Assembly: GCA_028534125.1 (NCBI GenBank)
Contig: CM052816.1
Span: 24,492,001-24,556,000 of the forward strand
Direction of reading: 5' to 3'
DNA from: Lama glama
Lineage: Eukaryota
Length of the DNA stretch: 64,000 nucleotides
Made by a program: the position numbers and the translations under genes. The notes under the pieces are model-generated. The model did no database searches and was not told where the DNA came from. It saw only the letters and a program-made list of their open reading frames with translations. Shown here piece after piece: positions 1 through 12,962 of the stretch (positions are counted from its first letter, which is position 1; every line of letters begins with the position of its first letter).

Positions 1-900
1 GTCTCTGGACATGGTCCTGGGTGCATACAGCAAACAAAGAAATATTTATTTGAGAAAATCTCCTAAAGTTCAGTGAATGCTGAGGTGTTTGAACCAGGAC
101 CCACCTCTCCCCTTCCCCCTCCCAGCTCACCACCAGGAAAACTCTACGCCAGACTGGTGCAGCCAAGAGCACAGGGTTCCTCTCCCCACAGCTCTCAGCT
201 GGAGGGTTGTCTTTCTAGGAAGGGGCAGGACATCAGCATCTCATCCTGATTCTAGCTGCCTGTTTCTGAGGCTGAGTCCCACACAAGTGTGGCCAAAAGG
301 TAGGGGACTCCTGTTACCAAAAAATCTGCTTCTGCACCCCAAAAGGTGAATTCAAAGAGAGTTTGGCAGCAAACAAAAGAGCAACTTAATTGCTTTGCCA
401 GGCAAAGGGTAGTCACAGCAGGCTCATGGCTTAGTAACTGTGAATCCATCTTGGGGTTGGGGTCTTGAGGTTTCATAGAAAAACCAGATGGAACAGAAAA
501 GGTGGTAACAATCAGGGCATTTTACAGGTTCATCTTGATAGGAACTTGCTGTTGTTATGGAGGAATTTAGAAGGGTCTGTTCATTTTCTTGAGGTTCAGT
601 CTATGACCTTCTCTCAAGACCTTTACGGTAAAAAAGGGTAAGTTATTCTAAGAAAACAGTGCACAGGGAGGGGAGCCTGTTAGTCATAACATCAGTTTAG
701 CTAAAAGTACAGGCCTGAACAACTCAATAGCCATCTTGTTAGTTTTCCACTCTTTCACTCCCTTCTGCTCAGCCCCAATTCATGTTTTAGAAGCTCTGCT
801 TTGGGCAGAGACTTCTGAGAACACTGGGTCCCCAATTCCCCTTGCCCTAGATCATAAGGTGATGGTTCCACACTGGGAGAAGCAAGCTGAGATGGGAGGC
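1..900. mobile_element. Old interspersed repeat (possibly an L1 5' region), interrupted by the solo LTR at 312-757
   Basis: The sequence appears to continue across the LTR (..ggggactcc | cttctgctcagcc..). Family assigned by resemblance only. Confidence 0.35.
312..757 (-). mobile_element. Solo LTR, ERV1-class
   Basis: TG (312)...CA (757) termini, flanked by an exact 4-bp target duplication CTCC (308-311 / 758-761). Orientation is tentative. Confidence 0.7.
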
Positions 901-1478
901 TGAAACCAAGCAGGACCCTGTGGGACCTTCTCCACTATAAAAGCTCCTTCATGTCCCTCGTTTCTTATTTGTAGAAAAAGGCTTTTAGTCTCAGAGGCCT
1001 TCCTGAGTTCCAAAGAGCAGGCACAAGCAGTTACTAATTAGCGACGTGAAGGAATGTAGAAACAAAGGAAAAACAGTCAAGGAACAGCAGTTTAGTCATA
1101 AAACAGAGTCCTAGTTCCTCCTCAAGGGATATACATATGACTCATACCTTTGAGTTATTCTGCAGGAACTAAGACCCTCACCCGGGGCAGGGTGCACACA
1201 GACCCTAGACTGGCTGGAACCAGGTTGATGATTATGATTCCTGAAACACCACCCTGTTACCTACCACCAACCAATCAGAAGAAAGCTGTATCCCCTCTAA
1301 TCTCACCCCAAATGTTGCCTTTAAAAACCCTTCCTGAAAGCCATCAAGGAGTTTGGGTCTTTTAAGCATGAGCTTCCCATTCTCCTTGCTTGGCACCTGC
1401 AATAAATACTGTACTTTCCTTCACGACAACCTGGTGTCAGTAAATTGGCAAGTGGACTCAAGTTCAGTTTAGTATAAC
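901..1478 (+). mobile_element. Solo LTR, ERV1-like
   Basis: Starts TGAAACC. CCAAT 1271-1275, TATA-like TTTAAAAA 1320-1327 and AATAAA 1401-1406 occur in U3-R-U5 order. The 3' end and TSD are unclear. Confidence 0.7.
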
Positions 1479-1689
1479 CTAAATTGTCTTCTTTAATCAT
1501 TTTTTAACTGAGTGTGTGTGTGTATGTGTGTGTACATTTACCTTATTTATGCTTTCTTTACAGATCTTTATACACTGATGATAGGTGGACAGCTGTATCT
1601 TTTTTTGTAATCATTTCCTTGATGCTGTTATCAGATACGAACACTTGGCTGAATGAAGCATAGCTCAGACCCATTATGGTCTTTTAAAA

Positions 1690-2850
1690 AAAATTGTGGC
1701 AAAATGTATGACATAAAGTTCACAATTTTTATCCTTTTTGAGTGTACAATTCAGTGGCATTAAGTACATTCACCCTATTGTGTAACCATCCACCTACAGA
1801 ACTTTTCATGTCAAACTGAAACTCTGCACCCATTAAATGGTAACTCCTCATTCTCCCCTCCTCTCCAGCCTTTGGTAAATACTATTCTTTCTTTCTTTCT
1901 CCAAGAATTTGACTATTCTAGGTATCTCATACAAGTGGAATCATACATTTGTCCTTTTGTGTCCAGTTTACTCACTTAGCATGTTTTCAGGGTTCCTTCA
2001 TGTTGTAGTATGTATCAAAACTTCATTACATTTTGTGGCTAATATTCCATTTCCTATATCACGTTTTGTTTATCTGTAAAGGGAACAAAATTCGCCACCC
2101 TAAAATGTTTCTGCCATGTGAATTATTTTAAGCTGAGAACAATCAAGACCTACAAGACCCAGGAAGAACTTCTGACCTTCCCCCAACTGCCTAAAAGAAT
2201 TTAGATAAGGGGTCCACTATAGGAATAGATCTATCCCCAGAAATATTTACAAAGAACATGGCAAGTTGTCGTAGGGGAACTCTTAGAGATCAGAGTTCAC
2301 TCTGTGTCCCATTGTCTCTGCCTGGCCCAGCAAACATTTATTTACCAAGCATTTGCTTTTCCATCTCCATGTCAATTGCCTTCCTTCCCTTTTAAGTCTC
2401 AAACCAATACTCCCAACATTCTCCTGTCTTTAGCTGAAGATGGTATCTAAGGTGAGGGTTTTAGCCATTTTGGCGAGTTACTCAGTTTTCCTAGGTATCG
2501 CCCATGTATACATATTATTTAACTTTTGTTTGACTTTCTCCTGTTAATCTGTCTCATGTAAATTTAATTTTTAAACCAGTCAGAAGAACCTAAGAAGGGT
2601 AGGGTTTCTTCTTCAACAATCTATTCATCTGTTGATGGACATTTTGAGTTGTTTCCACCTTTCGGCTATTATGAATAATGCTGCTATGAACATTGGTGCA
2701 CAAATACCTGTGCAAGTTCCTGCTTTCAGTTCTTTTGAGCATATACCTAGAATTAGAACTGCTGGATCATAAGGTAATTCTGTGTGTAATTGTTTGAGTA
2801 ACCACCATACTGTCTACCACATGGTGCACCATTTTTGCATTTGGTCATTT
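1690..2850 (-). mobile_element. L1 (L1M-type) 3' fragment split by the LTR at 2075-2618
   Basis: Typical antisense L1 3' motifs (gtgtacaattcagtggcattaagtacattcac; ctgttgatggacatt; aataatgctgctatgaacatt). Confidence 0.8.
2075..2618 (+). mobile_element. Solo LTR, MER34/MER39-like ERV1
   Basis: TG...CA ends. The 5' end tgtaaagggaacaaaattcgccaccctaaaat resembles the MER34 group. ATC is duplicated on both sides, and the L1 text resumes across it. Confidence 0.7.
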
Positions 2851-3422
2851 TTATGCTGTTCAATTATATGAATCAATTTTTCACTATAGGGAATTGCTAC
2901 TTGGATACACAGAACTAATAGGGAAAGCTCACCTCAGCTAAAATTGTATGATGTGTCATAGAGTTGTCTACCAGACACTTCTAATTACCACGTTGATTAG
3001 TTACCAGTGTCTATAGCCTTAGGGAAGTGTGTGTTGCTGGGGTAGGGCAGAAAAAAGGGTGTTGGGACTCAGAAAGTAGCACAAATAACCCCACCACAAC
3101 CCTATTTCAGTTTGGCTCACCTGACACTGAGTTTTGAAGGGGATGAATAATAAGGATGGAGTGAGGGGGAAAGGTAGAGGAATGTGGTAAAGGTAGATGC
3201 ATTTCTTAACTATTTGGTGTGACATTAATTTCAGTGAGATGGTTTTCCTTGCTCCCCCACTTCATCTCAGATGTTCTCAGAGCCTATTTCCTTTCTAAAC
3301 TATTATAATGCATAAAGCATGCAACTGACCAATAGCCTTTGAACAAATTGAACCTGTAGGCGAAATACAAGTGTACAACTGACTTAAACATCTATAGGAG
3401 AGAGAGACAAATACTTAATCAC

Positions 3423-3428
3423 TTTATT
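3423..3428 (-). terminator. TEX43: TEX43 polyadenylation signal AATAAA
   Basis: tttatt on the plus strand, about 10 nt past the stop codon. Confidence 0.75.
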
Positions 3429-3437
3429 CTCCTTTCA

Positions 3438-3647
<210 letters not shown>

Positions 3648-4302
3648 CTAAGAGGAAAAAACAATCTGCTGTGTATTACACCAAACATAGCTTTATTAGG
3701 TTGAGATGAAGGTTGCCCAGTAATTTTTCTAACTATTCCTGCCAAGAAGGTAGGTCTGGGGGCAGAGCAACATCCTTTTTTAAAGAGCAGTGCTCTCTCA
3801 TTGGTCTTCTCACTACCAGGAAGAGCGAGTGATGTGGAGTGAGTACTATAAACTTAGAGTTAGCTCGCTGAACTTTAGTTTGGATAATTATGTGACCTTG
3901 TACAAATCACTTAACCACCATGAGACTCTGTTTCCTCAAACATAAAGTGGGAACTATTAAAGGATTCTTTGAGTGTTGAATAAAACATTATATGTGAGTG
4001 AATAAATTGTGATGAGTACTAAGTTAAATAGCCATACAATACGTGGCCGCTACTGCAACTGCTGCTGGATAAACAAGAGTTACTTGAGGTTACTGTCTTA
4101 AGTGTACATCTATTTCTGACTCTTTGATACTGCTGAATACTAGTCTGGCCTGGTCTTAGGGTGCCCCCATCTCTTCTATGCTGTGTTCTTATTTTTATGT
4201 TGTTAAATAGCTGTATCACTTCCTATAGGAAAATTGGTAAAATGGAAGGAAAGCATACCTAGCATTTACTTAGTGTTCATTCGCTTCATTTAATTCTCAT
4301 TT

Positions 4303-4431
4303 GGGCTAATGTCCCTTTCTTAGACAACCTCATGCTCTGGGGCTGGCTCTCGCCTGTCACCTTTTGAGATGCCCTGCACTCTGTCTATGGAGTGTGTATC
4401 TCTCTAAATAAACTTGCTTTCACTTAAAAAT
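4303..4431 (+). mobile_element. Short LTR-like fragment ending in AATAAA and an A-tail, with a 10-bp TSD
   Basis: ATTCTCATTT at 4293-4302 and 4432-4441; AATAAA 4407-4412; A5 at 4426-4430. Confidence 0.6.
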
Positions 4432-5687
4432 ATTCTCATTTAATTTTCGTTTTTACTCTGTAAGGTAGAATGTTCCATACCCTAGTCACTAACTATATTT
4501 TAAAAATTGTTAGGAACATTGTCAACTAAATGGCAGAAGTGTAATAAATATGTGAAACTTATGCCAAATTACAGTTTCAAAGAGTAAGGTCAAGAATAAT
4601 GCATTCAAAACAGTTCTTCGTTATTGACTTCAACTCAGTTTATACCCTGTAGTTCCTATAGTTCTAATAAATGAAAAAGATAAAAGTCAGTAGTAATACT
4701 GTCACCATGCTAAACCAACTTAGGAAACTGAAAATGACTTGATAAGACACTGTTACATGAAATAAGCCCAATATTAAGATTTTAGAAAGTCTTACTAACC
4801 ATATCAATTTTATGTTTAAGTCTGTTATATGTCTTGATATTCTTAGTTTTACATTTGTTTTCAAAATATCAGCTAAAAATACATATCAAATAATCATCTC
4901 AAGGCAAATGGTAGTTTTATTTATTATACTGTATTGTGTATTTTGTAAGAAAATTGAACCATATTTTCAGATTTTATATACCATGTAAGAATTATATTTT
5001 GTACTATCATCTCTGTCTTGGCAAAGTATGTTCTTATTCAATATTAATTGCTTATCCATTAAAAATTTGCAAATTAGTTACATAAACACATTTCCTTCTA
5101 GGAATCCTAGCCTGAAATCTCCTCTTACAGTTTATTACAAAATATTCTATTTTCCTTTAAAGAAACAACTTAGCTTTTCACAAGTGAATCATCAATATAA
5201 ATTTGGAAAATGTTTTGAAACTATTCACTACTAAATAGGAGCATTGAATGGGCAAGGAGTCTTATCTGTAAATCTAGCCTAACTGTTCCCATAGCTCTCA
5301 ACCTGAGTATACAATACAACTTTAAAAATACAGACACTGTACTGTAGCTTTAATATTAATGGCACCTACTTCTGATGAATCTGTGAGTTGGCATTATGTA
5401 GAGAAAAAAGTGAACATATAGTTGTGAAATGTTTCAGTTTATCTAAGATTGCAACTGGGTTATTTGAATAGATATTGCTGTTTAAGTTTTACTTGCAAGT
5501 TTATGTGAAAGTGCATCAGTTTTTATCAGAATAGAATGGTGGTTGCTAGGGCCTGTGGGGAGGGAGAAATGAGGAAATAAAAGGGTACAAACCTTCAGTT
5601 TTAAGAATAAGTTCTAAGGACCTAATGCTCATAGTTATGTATGTCTATTCACAGATATATTAAACAGTACAAGTTTTTAAATTATTA

Positions 5688-5864
<177 letters not shown>

Positions 5865-6403
5865 TCATTTTAGCATCATTCGAGCAAATGGAGGCAGTTT
5901 TGTTGCATCTGTGAGGTTTGGACCCCCACAGCTGCAGGATAGAGCTTTGCCACTTGAGGCTCACCTAACAGATAACCAGCCATTAAAATTCCCAAGATCG
6001 AGAGTCGGGGCTGGGAATCTGGGGTATCTGTACCTCTAAACGCATGCTGTCCTTCACAATTTGCTCATGATGTTCATTTTGGCCTGATTTTAAGGGGGAA
6101 GGCAGTACACTATCATTTGCCCCAGGCTCACTCATCGCCTGAAGGAATCCCTGGCCAGTCACAAAAAAAAAAACAAACAACTAATTTAGCTTCTGAATTT
6201 TGTGCACAGGTCAGACTTGCTTTCTCTGTATACACTCAGTTTCATTCTGGAACATAAAGCTTTCTGTATAGATGCCAGGGGGAAGTACAGAATTATTGTC
6301 TTCACCTTTCTAGCTCTCAGATTGGAAAACAAGAAAAAATCCAAACAAACAAAAACAAAAAACAGAAAAACCCACCCGAAAACCCAGAACCCTTGAGACC
6401 TCA

Positions 6404-6514
<111 letters not shown>

Positions 6515-7530
6515 TCACCCAGAATGTCACTATCCTACTGGTCTAATTATGATGACATTGCTGCCTCAGATGTAACAATGTTTTGCTAACTTCATAGCAA
6601 CCTGCAGCAGTTACATTAGCAGTTGAGAGTGCAGAGCATACAGCTATTTTCAGTGTTAATACTCTTTCTTGAGTACATCATTCTTATCAAGAATAATTAA
6701 AAAATGAGGATGCTTGCAGACATACTACAAAGTTGACAAAGATATTAAAAATATATTGAACTAAACAAGTATTCACAAATAATCACTTCATATGAACACT
6801 ATTTATTAGTTGATTTTCCTCCTTAAATCTGCACATGGCCGATAAATGTCCTGTTTATGTTTCACCGTTACTTGCCTAACTTGCCTAAACCCAAACCAAC
6901 CCAATCCACTTTATCCCCTAGGATTTGAGTTACATCGCAGAGTATTTCTGATTACAAAGCTCATTTTAATAAAGTAAGGTTATGAGTGAGGATGAGCACC
7001 TAAACTACTAGGCCAGAGATGTGGAAGGTTATTATTGTCAATCCTACTAGCCATCAAGTAGGGAAAACGTTAGGCTGAGCCGGAAGAATGACTGCAAAGT
7101 ATACTGATTTGGTGAGAGTATTAACTGAACACATGTCTGGCAAGTTTTGGATAGACATTCCTAGATCTGGATCATCAGAAAGATCTAGAAAAGAGTAATT
7201 TTAAAATACAAAACTTTAAAGAACCTTAAAAGTTGAACTGTTTTTTATATATAACATAGGATACAGTACAAGCCGGAAATTTGTGTAGTCTGCAAAAGTT
7301 AAAAAAACAACTGTTGATGAAAACAAGCCAGAAAGGTGGTGGGGAGGAGCAATCCATTTAATGACGATAAAGTAGCCTCAGGCATTAACGTCGTTCAAAA
7401 ACTGTAAGTTTCACCAGAAAAATGAGCAGTATTTACATGGATATGTGGCATCTAGGTTTCTGAATGTTGCTTATTTTTCCTAATATAGTGTATCTTTAAA
7501 ATCACCGCACATAAAATAAATAATCTCAGG

Positions 7531-7658
7531 AACCACGGTGATCATTTTGCAATGTGTAAGAAAACTGAATCACTATGATGTACACCTGAAACTAATATAT
7601 TACTGTAAGTCAATTATACTTCAATTAAAAAAAATCACCAAAATAAAGTTTTAAAAAA
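7531..7658 (+). mobile_element. Short L1 3' end with A-rich tail
   Basis: tgtacacctgaaactaatata...gtcaattatacttcaattaaaaa; AATCTCAGG duplicated at 7522-7530 and 7659-7667. Confidence 0.7.
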
Positions 7659-8774
7659 AATCTCAGGGATAATATCCAGTTACCTATTTAAAATATGTAT
7701 CTTTCCTTGGTTATAACAATTTTATGAAAGAATATTTGAGATTAAAAAATAAAGTCACTTGGAACTCATTAAGGACCGCCAAAACTCTAATTTTATTTTT
7801 GCATTCTTTAATAATAAAAAGCAACCAATAACCATTTTTCTCTTTTTTCTCTGCTTAGACCCTTAGATCCAACTTCAATGACCATGTATTTTAGGAACTA
7901 CTGAAAGACTTCAAGTACACTGCTATAAAGAATACTTTCTAATTGCTTCCTAAATATTTTTGCTTAATCTATTTTGTAAACTATAGTCAACTCTTGGAGC
8001 ATCTTAAGTAAACTATCTTTACTTCCTTAAATAAAAATGAGTAATTTGTAACATCATGCAGATGAAACATTTTCAATACCTAGACTCCTTAACATAAGGT
8101 AAAAAAATCTTAGGCAGGCCACCCCCAGGAACTTTTTAAATGTCATGGTAATTATGCAGGTATAGATCATACTCAATATTTAGCATGTGACTAAGGTAAC
8201 TAGTAAGAAGTCATAAACAAAGTTAAGAACCAATACTTTTTTGAAAAGCTTCTGATGTTTATTTACTTCTGGACAGACAAGTAAGTAGAAAGAATCACTA
8301 GTAAAAACCTATTTTAATTTTAGTCTCTGTCATTAAAACTGCCTAAGAGTTCTAAGATCATAGAAGAACCAAACTTGAATGCATCTGTAATAGCTTAACA
8401 ATATTATTAGGATCTTTTAATGGAATGTTTTGAAACCAATCATAATTCATTGCAAAGATAAATTATAAAAAGAAAACAAACTTTGAATGGCCAGTTATAA
8501 CCTGGACAAAACTATCAACTAGTAATAATTAACACATGCAACAGATTGAGAAATTAAATCCTCTGCTATGTATTTTTATGTATTTTATCAGACATGAGAA
8601 ATTTTACAATGTTTCTATTGATCGCATTCATTTCCCCACATATTCAGTTTTATTGAAAACAAGAAAACAGTTCTCTCCAGATTTCTGTTTATCAGTGCAA
8701 AGTAAAAGAAAACAATCTCAGTAGAAATGGCTTATTACAATGTTATTTTAGGAAGGCTTATTCCTCAAACTGTA

Positions 8775-9044
8775 CTAAAAGATGTCCAGATCATGAGAAT
8801 GATCAACTTCAATGGCTTCCTCTGCATCCAACTTTGTTTCTCCATGTCCCTCCTGTGATTCATCAAGAGAGGCCAGGGCCTCATTTGTGTCACTTGCAAA
8901 AGTCTCTCGTGATGTATCATCTTCTTCTTGAAAATTCAGACTTTTAATAGCTTGTTTCATCTTTTTTCCCAACACTTGAGTTCTTCTCTTCCTAGCAGCT
9001 TTTTTATTTTCATATTCCTTTTGATTTTCAATGTAGAAAATGTC
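8775..9044 (-). CDS. PHAX: PHAX exon 5 (DIFYIENQKEYENKKAARKRRTQVLGKKMK...DHSHDLDIF*)
   Basis: Acceptor ctttattgtag, 270 nt to TAG. Total CDS 96+614+121+84+270 = 1185 nt = 394 aa + stop. Confidence 0.96.
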   Translation of the reverse strand, partial: DIFYIENQKEYENKKAARKRRTQVLGKKMKQAIKSLNFQEEDDTSRETFASDTNEALASLDESQEGHGETKLDAEEAIEVDHSHDLDIF

Positions 9045-9698
9045 CTACAATAAAGGAACAACTGCAGTAAATAAGAACTACCATTTATTAAAAGTCTGTG
9101 ACAAGGCAGACCCTTTACATTCATGATCTCCAAAATATTCAATTTCTCACAAAAAAATCAGTATTAGACTGATAGTTAGACACAGAATCCACGATATTAG
9201 ATACATCTTCATTGCAAGTTGAGGATAAAGCTATGATTCAAACTCAACCTAGTGTTAGGTCTAGGGTCAATGTTTACCCTACCATAGCATATTAATCTAC
9301 AGTTAAAGGTTTTTTAAATGTAAAGATAAAGTAGAAAATCATACTATTTGAAATTTAAATAAAATAAATTTGTCACAATCAAATAGGAAGGCATTTTACC
9401 AAAGTCTCTGGTATAATTCACTAACTTTGAAATGTCATCATAACCATATGTGATCACACATGTTAAGAAACTGAGCCATGCCTGAACTGTGTGATTTAAG
9501 TATGATCATGTAACTAACACAATGTAAGAAGAATTCCATCCCTGAAGCGTTACTGTAGTTAATATGTGACAATGTAAATCTCTGTCAAAAACTTTAATCA
9601 CAAGGCATAAAAATAATATAGTCAGAACTGGGATCCATTCCAGGATGCCAGAAAAGGGACTTCATAGCATGAAAGTATGAGAATCTTGTTAAGTATAT

Positions 9699-9892
9699 GG
9701 ATTCTCAACTATTGCACATTTCAAGCCAAGTAATTCTTTGTATGGCAGTCTGTTGTGTGTCTTGTAGGGTGTTCACCAGCATACCTGGCTTCTACCCACT
9801 AGCACATACCCACCCCACCCCTAAATTGTAACAACCAAAAACATCTCCAAACATTGCCAAATGGAGGTAAAATCGCGAGCATATGAGAACTG
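9699..9892. mobile_element. MER20-like hAT DNA transposon fossil
   Basis: Motifs cagcatacctggcttctacccactag and acaaccaaaaacatctccaaacattgccaaatg. Confidence 0.65.
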
Positions 9893-10131
9893 TTCAAGTA
9901 GAAAGTACATGTCCACTGAAGCATTACATGGAAAAACATAAAATAACTTCTGGGAAACTTGATACAGGTAACTAAGTGTAATTTTTGAGTGCAGATTAAA
10001 AACAGTAGGTCAGGGATTCAAAGAGAAGGCCAAAATGACAGTGCTAATACAGAAAAGGTTCAAAGGTTTACAAAAGAAGCTAGTATAGGCAGGACAGACT
10101 TTGACACCCTCTTCTGTTCTAGAAAGGGACT

Positions 10132-10267
10132 TTTTTTTTTTTTTTTTTTGGCAGGGGGCAGTAATTAGGTTTACTTATTTATTTTTAGAGGAAATGTCAG
10201 GGATTGAACCCAGGACCTCGTGCATGCTAAGCATGTGCTCTACTGCTTGAGCTATACCCTCCCTCCT
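10132..10267 (-). mobile_element. tRNA-Ala-derived SINE (camelid Vic-1-like)
   Basis: Antisense tRNA-like head with A and B boxes, a long T tract, and a 12-bp TSD TAGAAAGGGACT (10120-10131 / 10268-10279). Confidence 0.85.
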
Positions 10268-11841
10268 TAGAAAGGGACTCTTAGTAACTAGCCAAGCCAG
10301 TTCCTATTATATTCTTTAAGTGCACACAGTGCAAATCCCTTCTTATTTACAAAAAGCAACATGGAGGATGGTGAGATAAAGGGCGTCCTCTCCTTCGCTA
10401 AGTGATTATAAGCAGCACACAGAATTAGGAGAGAAAGGAGTAAGGAACCCTAAAATGAAGGCGATACGGGAAACCTTCAGAAAAGGAGGGCTCTGATGAA
10501 GAGAAGGAATAAAAGTATTTGCTAAGAAATGAAGAAGGACTGGGGTGGAGGAGGAAGATACATATGGGAGAAAACAGCGCAGGAAGGACAAAAAAGGTTA
10601 ATTCAGAGGAAAAAGAGGCCAGAAAGCACTTCCTGAATGAGCACTTTTATGAGCCAAGCATTACGCCAAGAACTTTACACATGTCTGAACTCTTCATTCG
10701 CACAAGAACCTTACAAGGTGGGGATTATCTTTGTTTTCAGTGGGGAAAGTAAGGCACAAGATTAGATGTATCACATTAAGGCATAAAATCTAAAGTCATA
10801 CATGATTTCTCCAAATCCATATTCTGAAACCTTATTATGTGGCCTTCCCAAAGTGTGATAATTTACAATTTTTTCAAGGGTCTATGTATTTTCAAGCGGA
10901 GAGATAGCAGAGGTATTTTCATTTTATAAGGGAGCACATCCAAATATCTTGATAAGAACAATTCTAACTAGTACAATGCTTTGCAACACTAAGTAAAATT
11001 ATGAAGTGCCCCTTGTCCCTCCAAATATGGCAAGCCTTATTAAAAAGGAATGTCATTCCCATGAGTTATGAATTTAAATAGAACAAACTGGGGAATGGCC
11101 CAAAGACATGTCTTTGTAGCATACTGTTAATGTTAACAACAAATGCAGACAACAGATAATCTGAGAGCATTTTCCCCCCTTCCATCCACATCTCTATAAT
11201 TAACTGTATAAATTAAGAACCTAAACCGTATACTATTTGCAGAGGGAGACGATTATAGTTGCGCTTTTAAAAAATACAGCAAATCAACTTCTAACTATTC
11301 TTCCTTGTTTTCTTCACAAATTTTTTATTTTCTAAAACAAAACTTAAATAAGGCTTCATACCAAACCAAAATCAAATGAATAACAATTGAAAAGAAGCTC
11401 ACTCAGTTCAGTTCTGGCTTCCAAGTTCTACAGACTGTGATTGTTAGCAATGTAGTAATTAAAAGAATAGTTATAACATCCTTATTTGAATGGCATATGA
11501 AATTACCTATAATAAAATTCTATTTGCCTTCAGGGTTTTCCCTCTAATAACAAGTCAATTCATACACATGCAGAAAAATCGTAAAAGTCAAAACATTTAT
11601 AGCCCCTCAAAGCAGACCAAATCATTGGTAACATTTTGGTGTTTTATCTACCAATCTATTGTCCCCTGCCCCACTTTCTTTATAAATGTGTACTTTGCCT
11701 TTAAAAAAATTCAGTTATTAATGCATTTTCTAATTTTCTTAAAATTGCTTCATAAAGATACAGGCTTACAGAACAGTCTTTTTAAGAATGTCCCTATAAG
11801 CCAACATTCCCCTATTATTAGATATTACAAATGTTTCTTTT

Positions 11842-12962
11842 CTTCTTTTTTTTTTTTTTAGTTTTTTTTTAATTGAAGTATAGTCAGTTACAATGTGTCA
11901 ACTTCTGGTGTACAGCCTAATGTTCCAGTCATGCATATATATACATATGTTCCATTTTCATTAAAGGTTATTACGAGATATTGAATACAGTTCCCTGGGC
12001 TATACAGAAGAAATTGTTTTTTAAATCTATTTTTATATATAGCAGTTAACATTTGCAAATCTCAAACTCCCAAATTTATCCCCTCCCATCCCCGTTCCCC
12101 AGGAACCATAAGATTGTTCACTATGTCTGTGAGTCTGTTTCTGTTTTATAGATGAGTTCATTAGTGTCTTCTTTCTTCTTCTTCTTTTTTTAGATTCCAC
12201 ATATAAGTGATATCATGTGGTATTTTTCTTTCTTTCTGGCCTACTTCACTTAGAATGACAATCTCCAGGTCCAATCATGTTGCTGCAAATGGCATTATTT
12301 TATTCTTTTTTTTTAAATTTGTATATATATACCAAAACTTCTTTATCCAGCCATCTGTCAATGGACATGTAGGTTGCATCCATGTCTTGGCTATTGTATA
12401 CAGTGCTTCGATGAACATTGGGGTGCATGTTATCTTTTCAAATTAGTTCCCTCTGATATATGCCCAGGAGTGGGATTGCTGGATCATATGGTAGTCTATT
12501 TTTAATTTTTTGAGGAATCTCCATAGCTGCACCAAACTACACTCCCACCAGCAGTGTAGGAGGGTTCCCTTTTCTCGACACTTTCTCCAGCATTTATCGT
12601 ATGTGGACTTTTTACCGATGGACATTCTGAGTGGTGTGAGGTGGTACCCCACTGTAGTTTTGATTTGCATTTCTCTGATAAATGCTACTGGGCATTTTTT
12701 CATGTGCCTATTGGCCATTTGTGTATCTTCACTGGAGAATTGCTTGTTTAGGTGTCCTGCCCATTTTTGGATTGGCTTGCTTTTTTTTTTTCTTTTTTTG
12801 CTATGAAGTTGTATGAGCTGTTTACATATTCTGGAAATTGAACCTCTGTCAGTCTCATTTGCAAATATTTTCTCCCATTCCGCAGGATGTCATTTTGTTT
12901 TGCTTACAGTTTCCTTTGCTGTGTAAAAGCTTATTTAATTAGATCCCATTTGTTTATTTTTT
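11842..12962 (-). mobile_element. 5'-truncated L1 (end of ORF2 plus 3' UTR)
   Basis: ORF 12443-12718 gives an L1 ORF2 C-terminal-like peptide ([14 protein letters not shown]). Poly-T on the left. 13-bp TSD AAATGTTTCTTTT / AAACATTTCTTTT. Confidence 0.9.

Noticed and set aside
12207..12806. ORFs in L1 fragments (also 38868-40005, 52072-52679, 63286-63510)
   Set aside because: Frame-broken L1 ORF1/ORF2 remnants, not host genes or intact elements.
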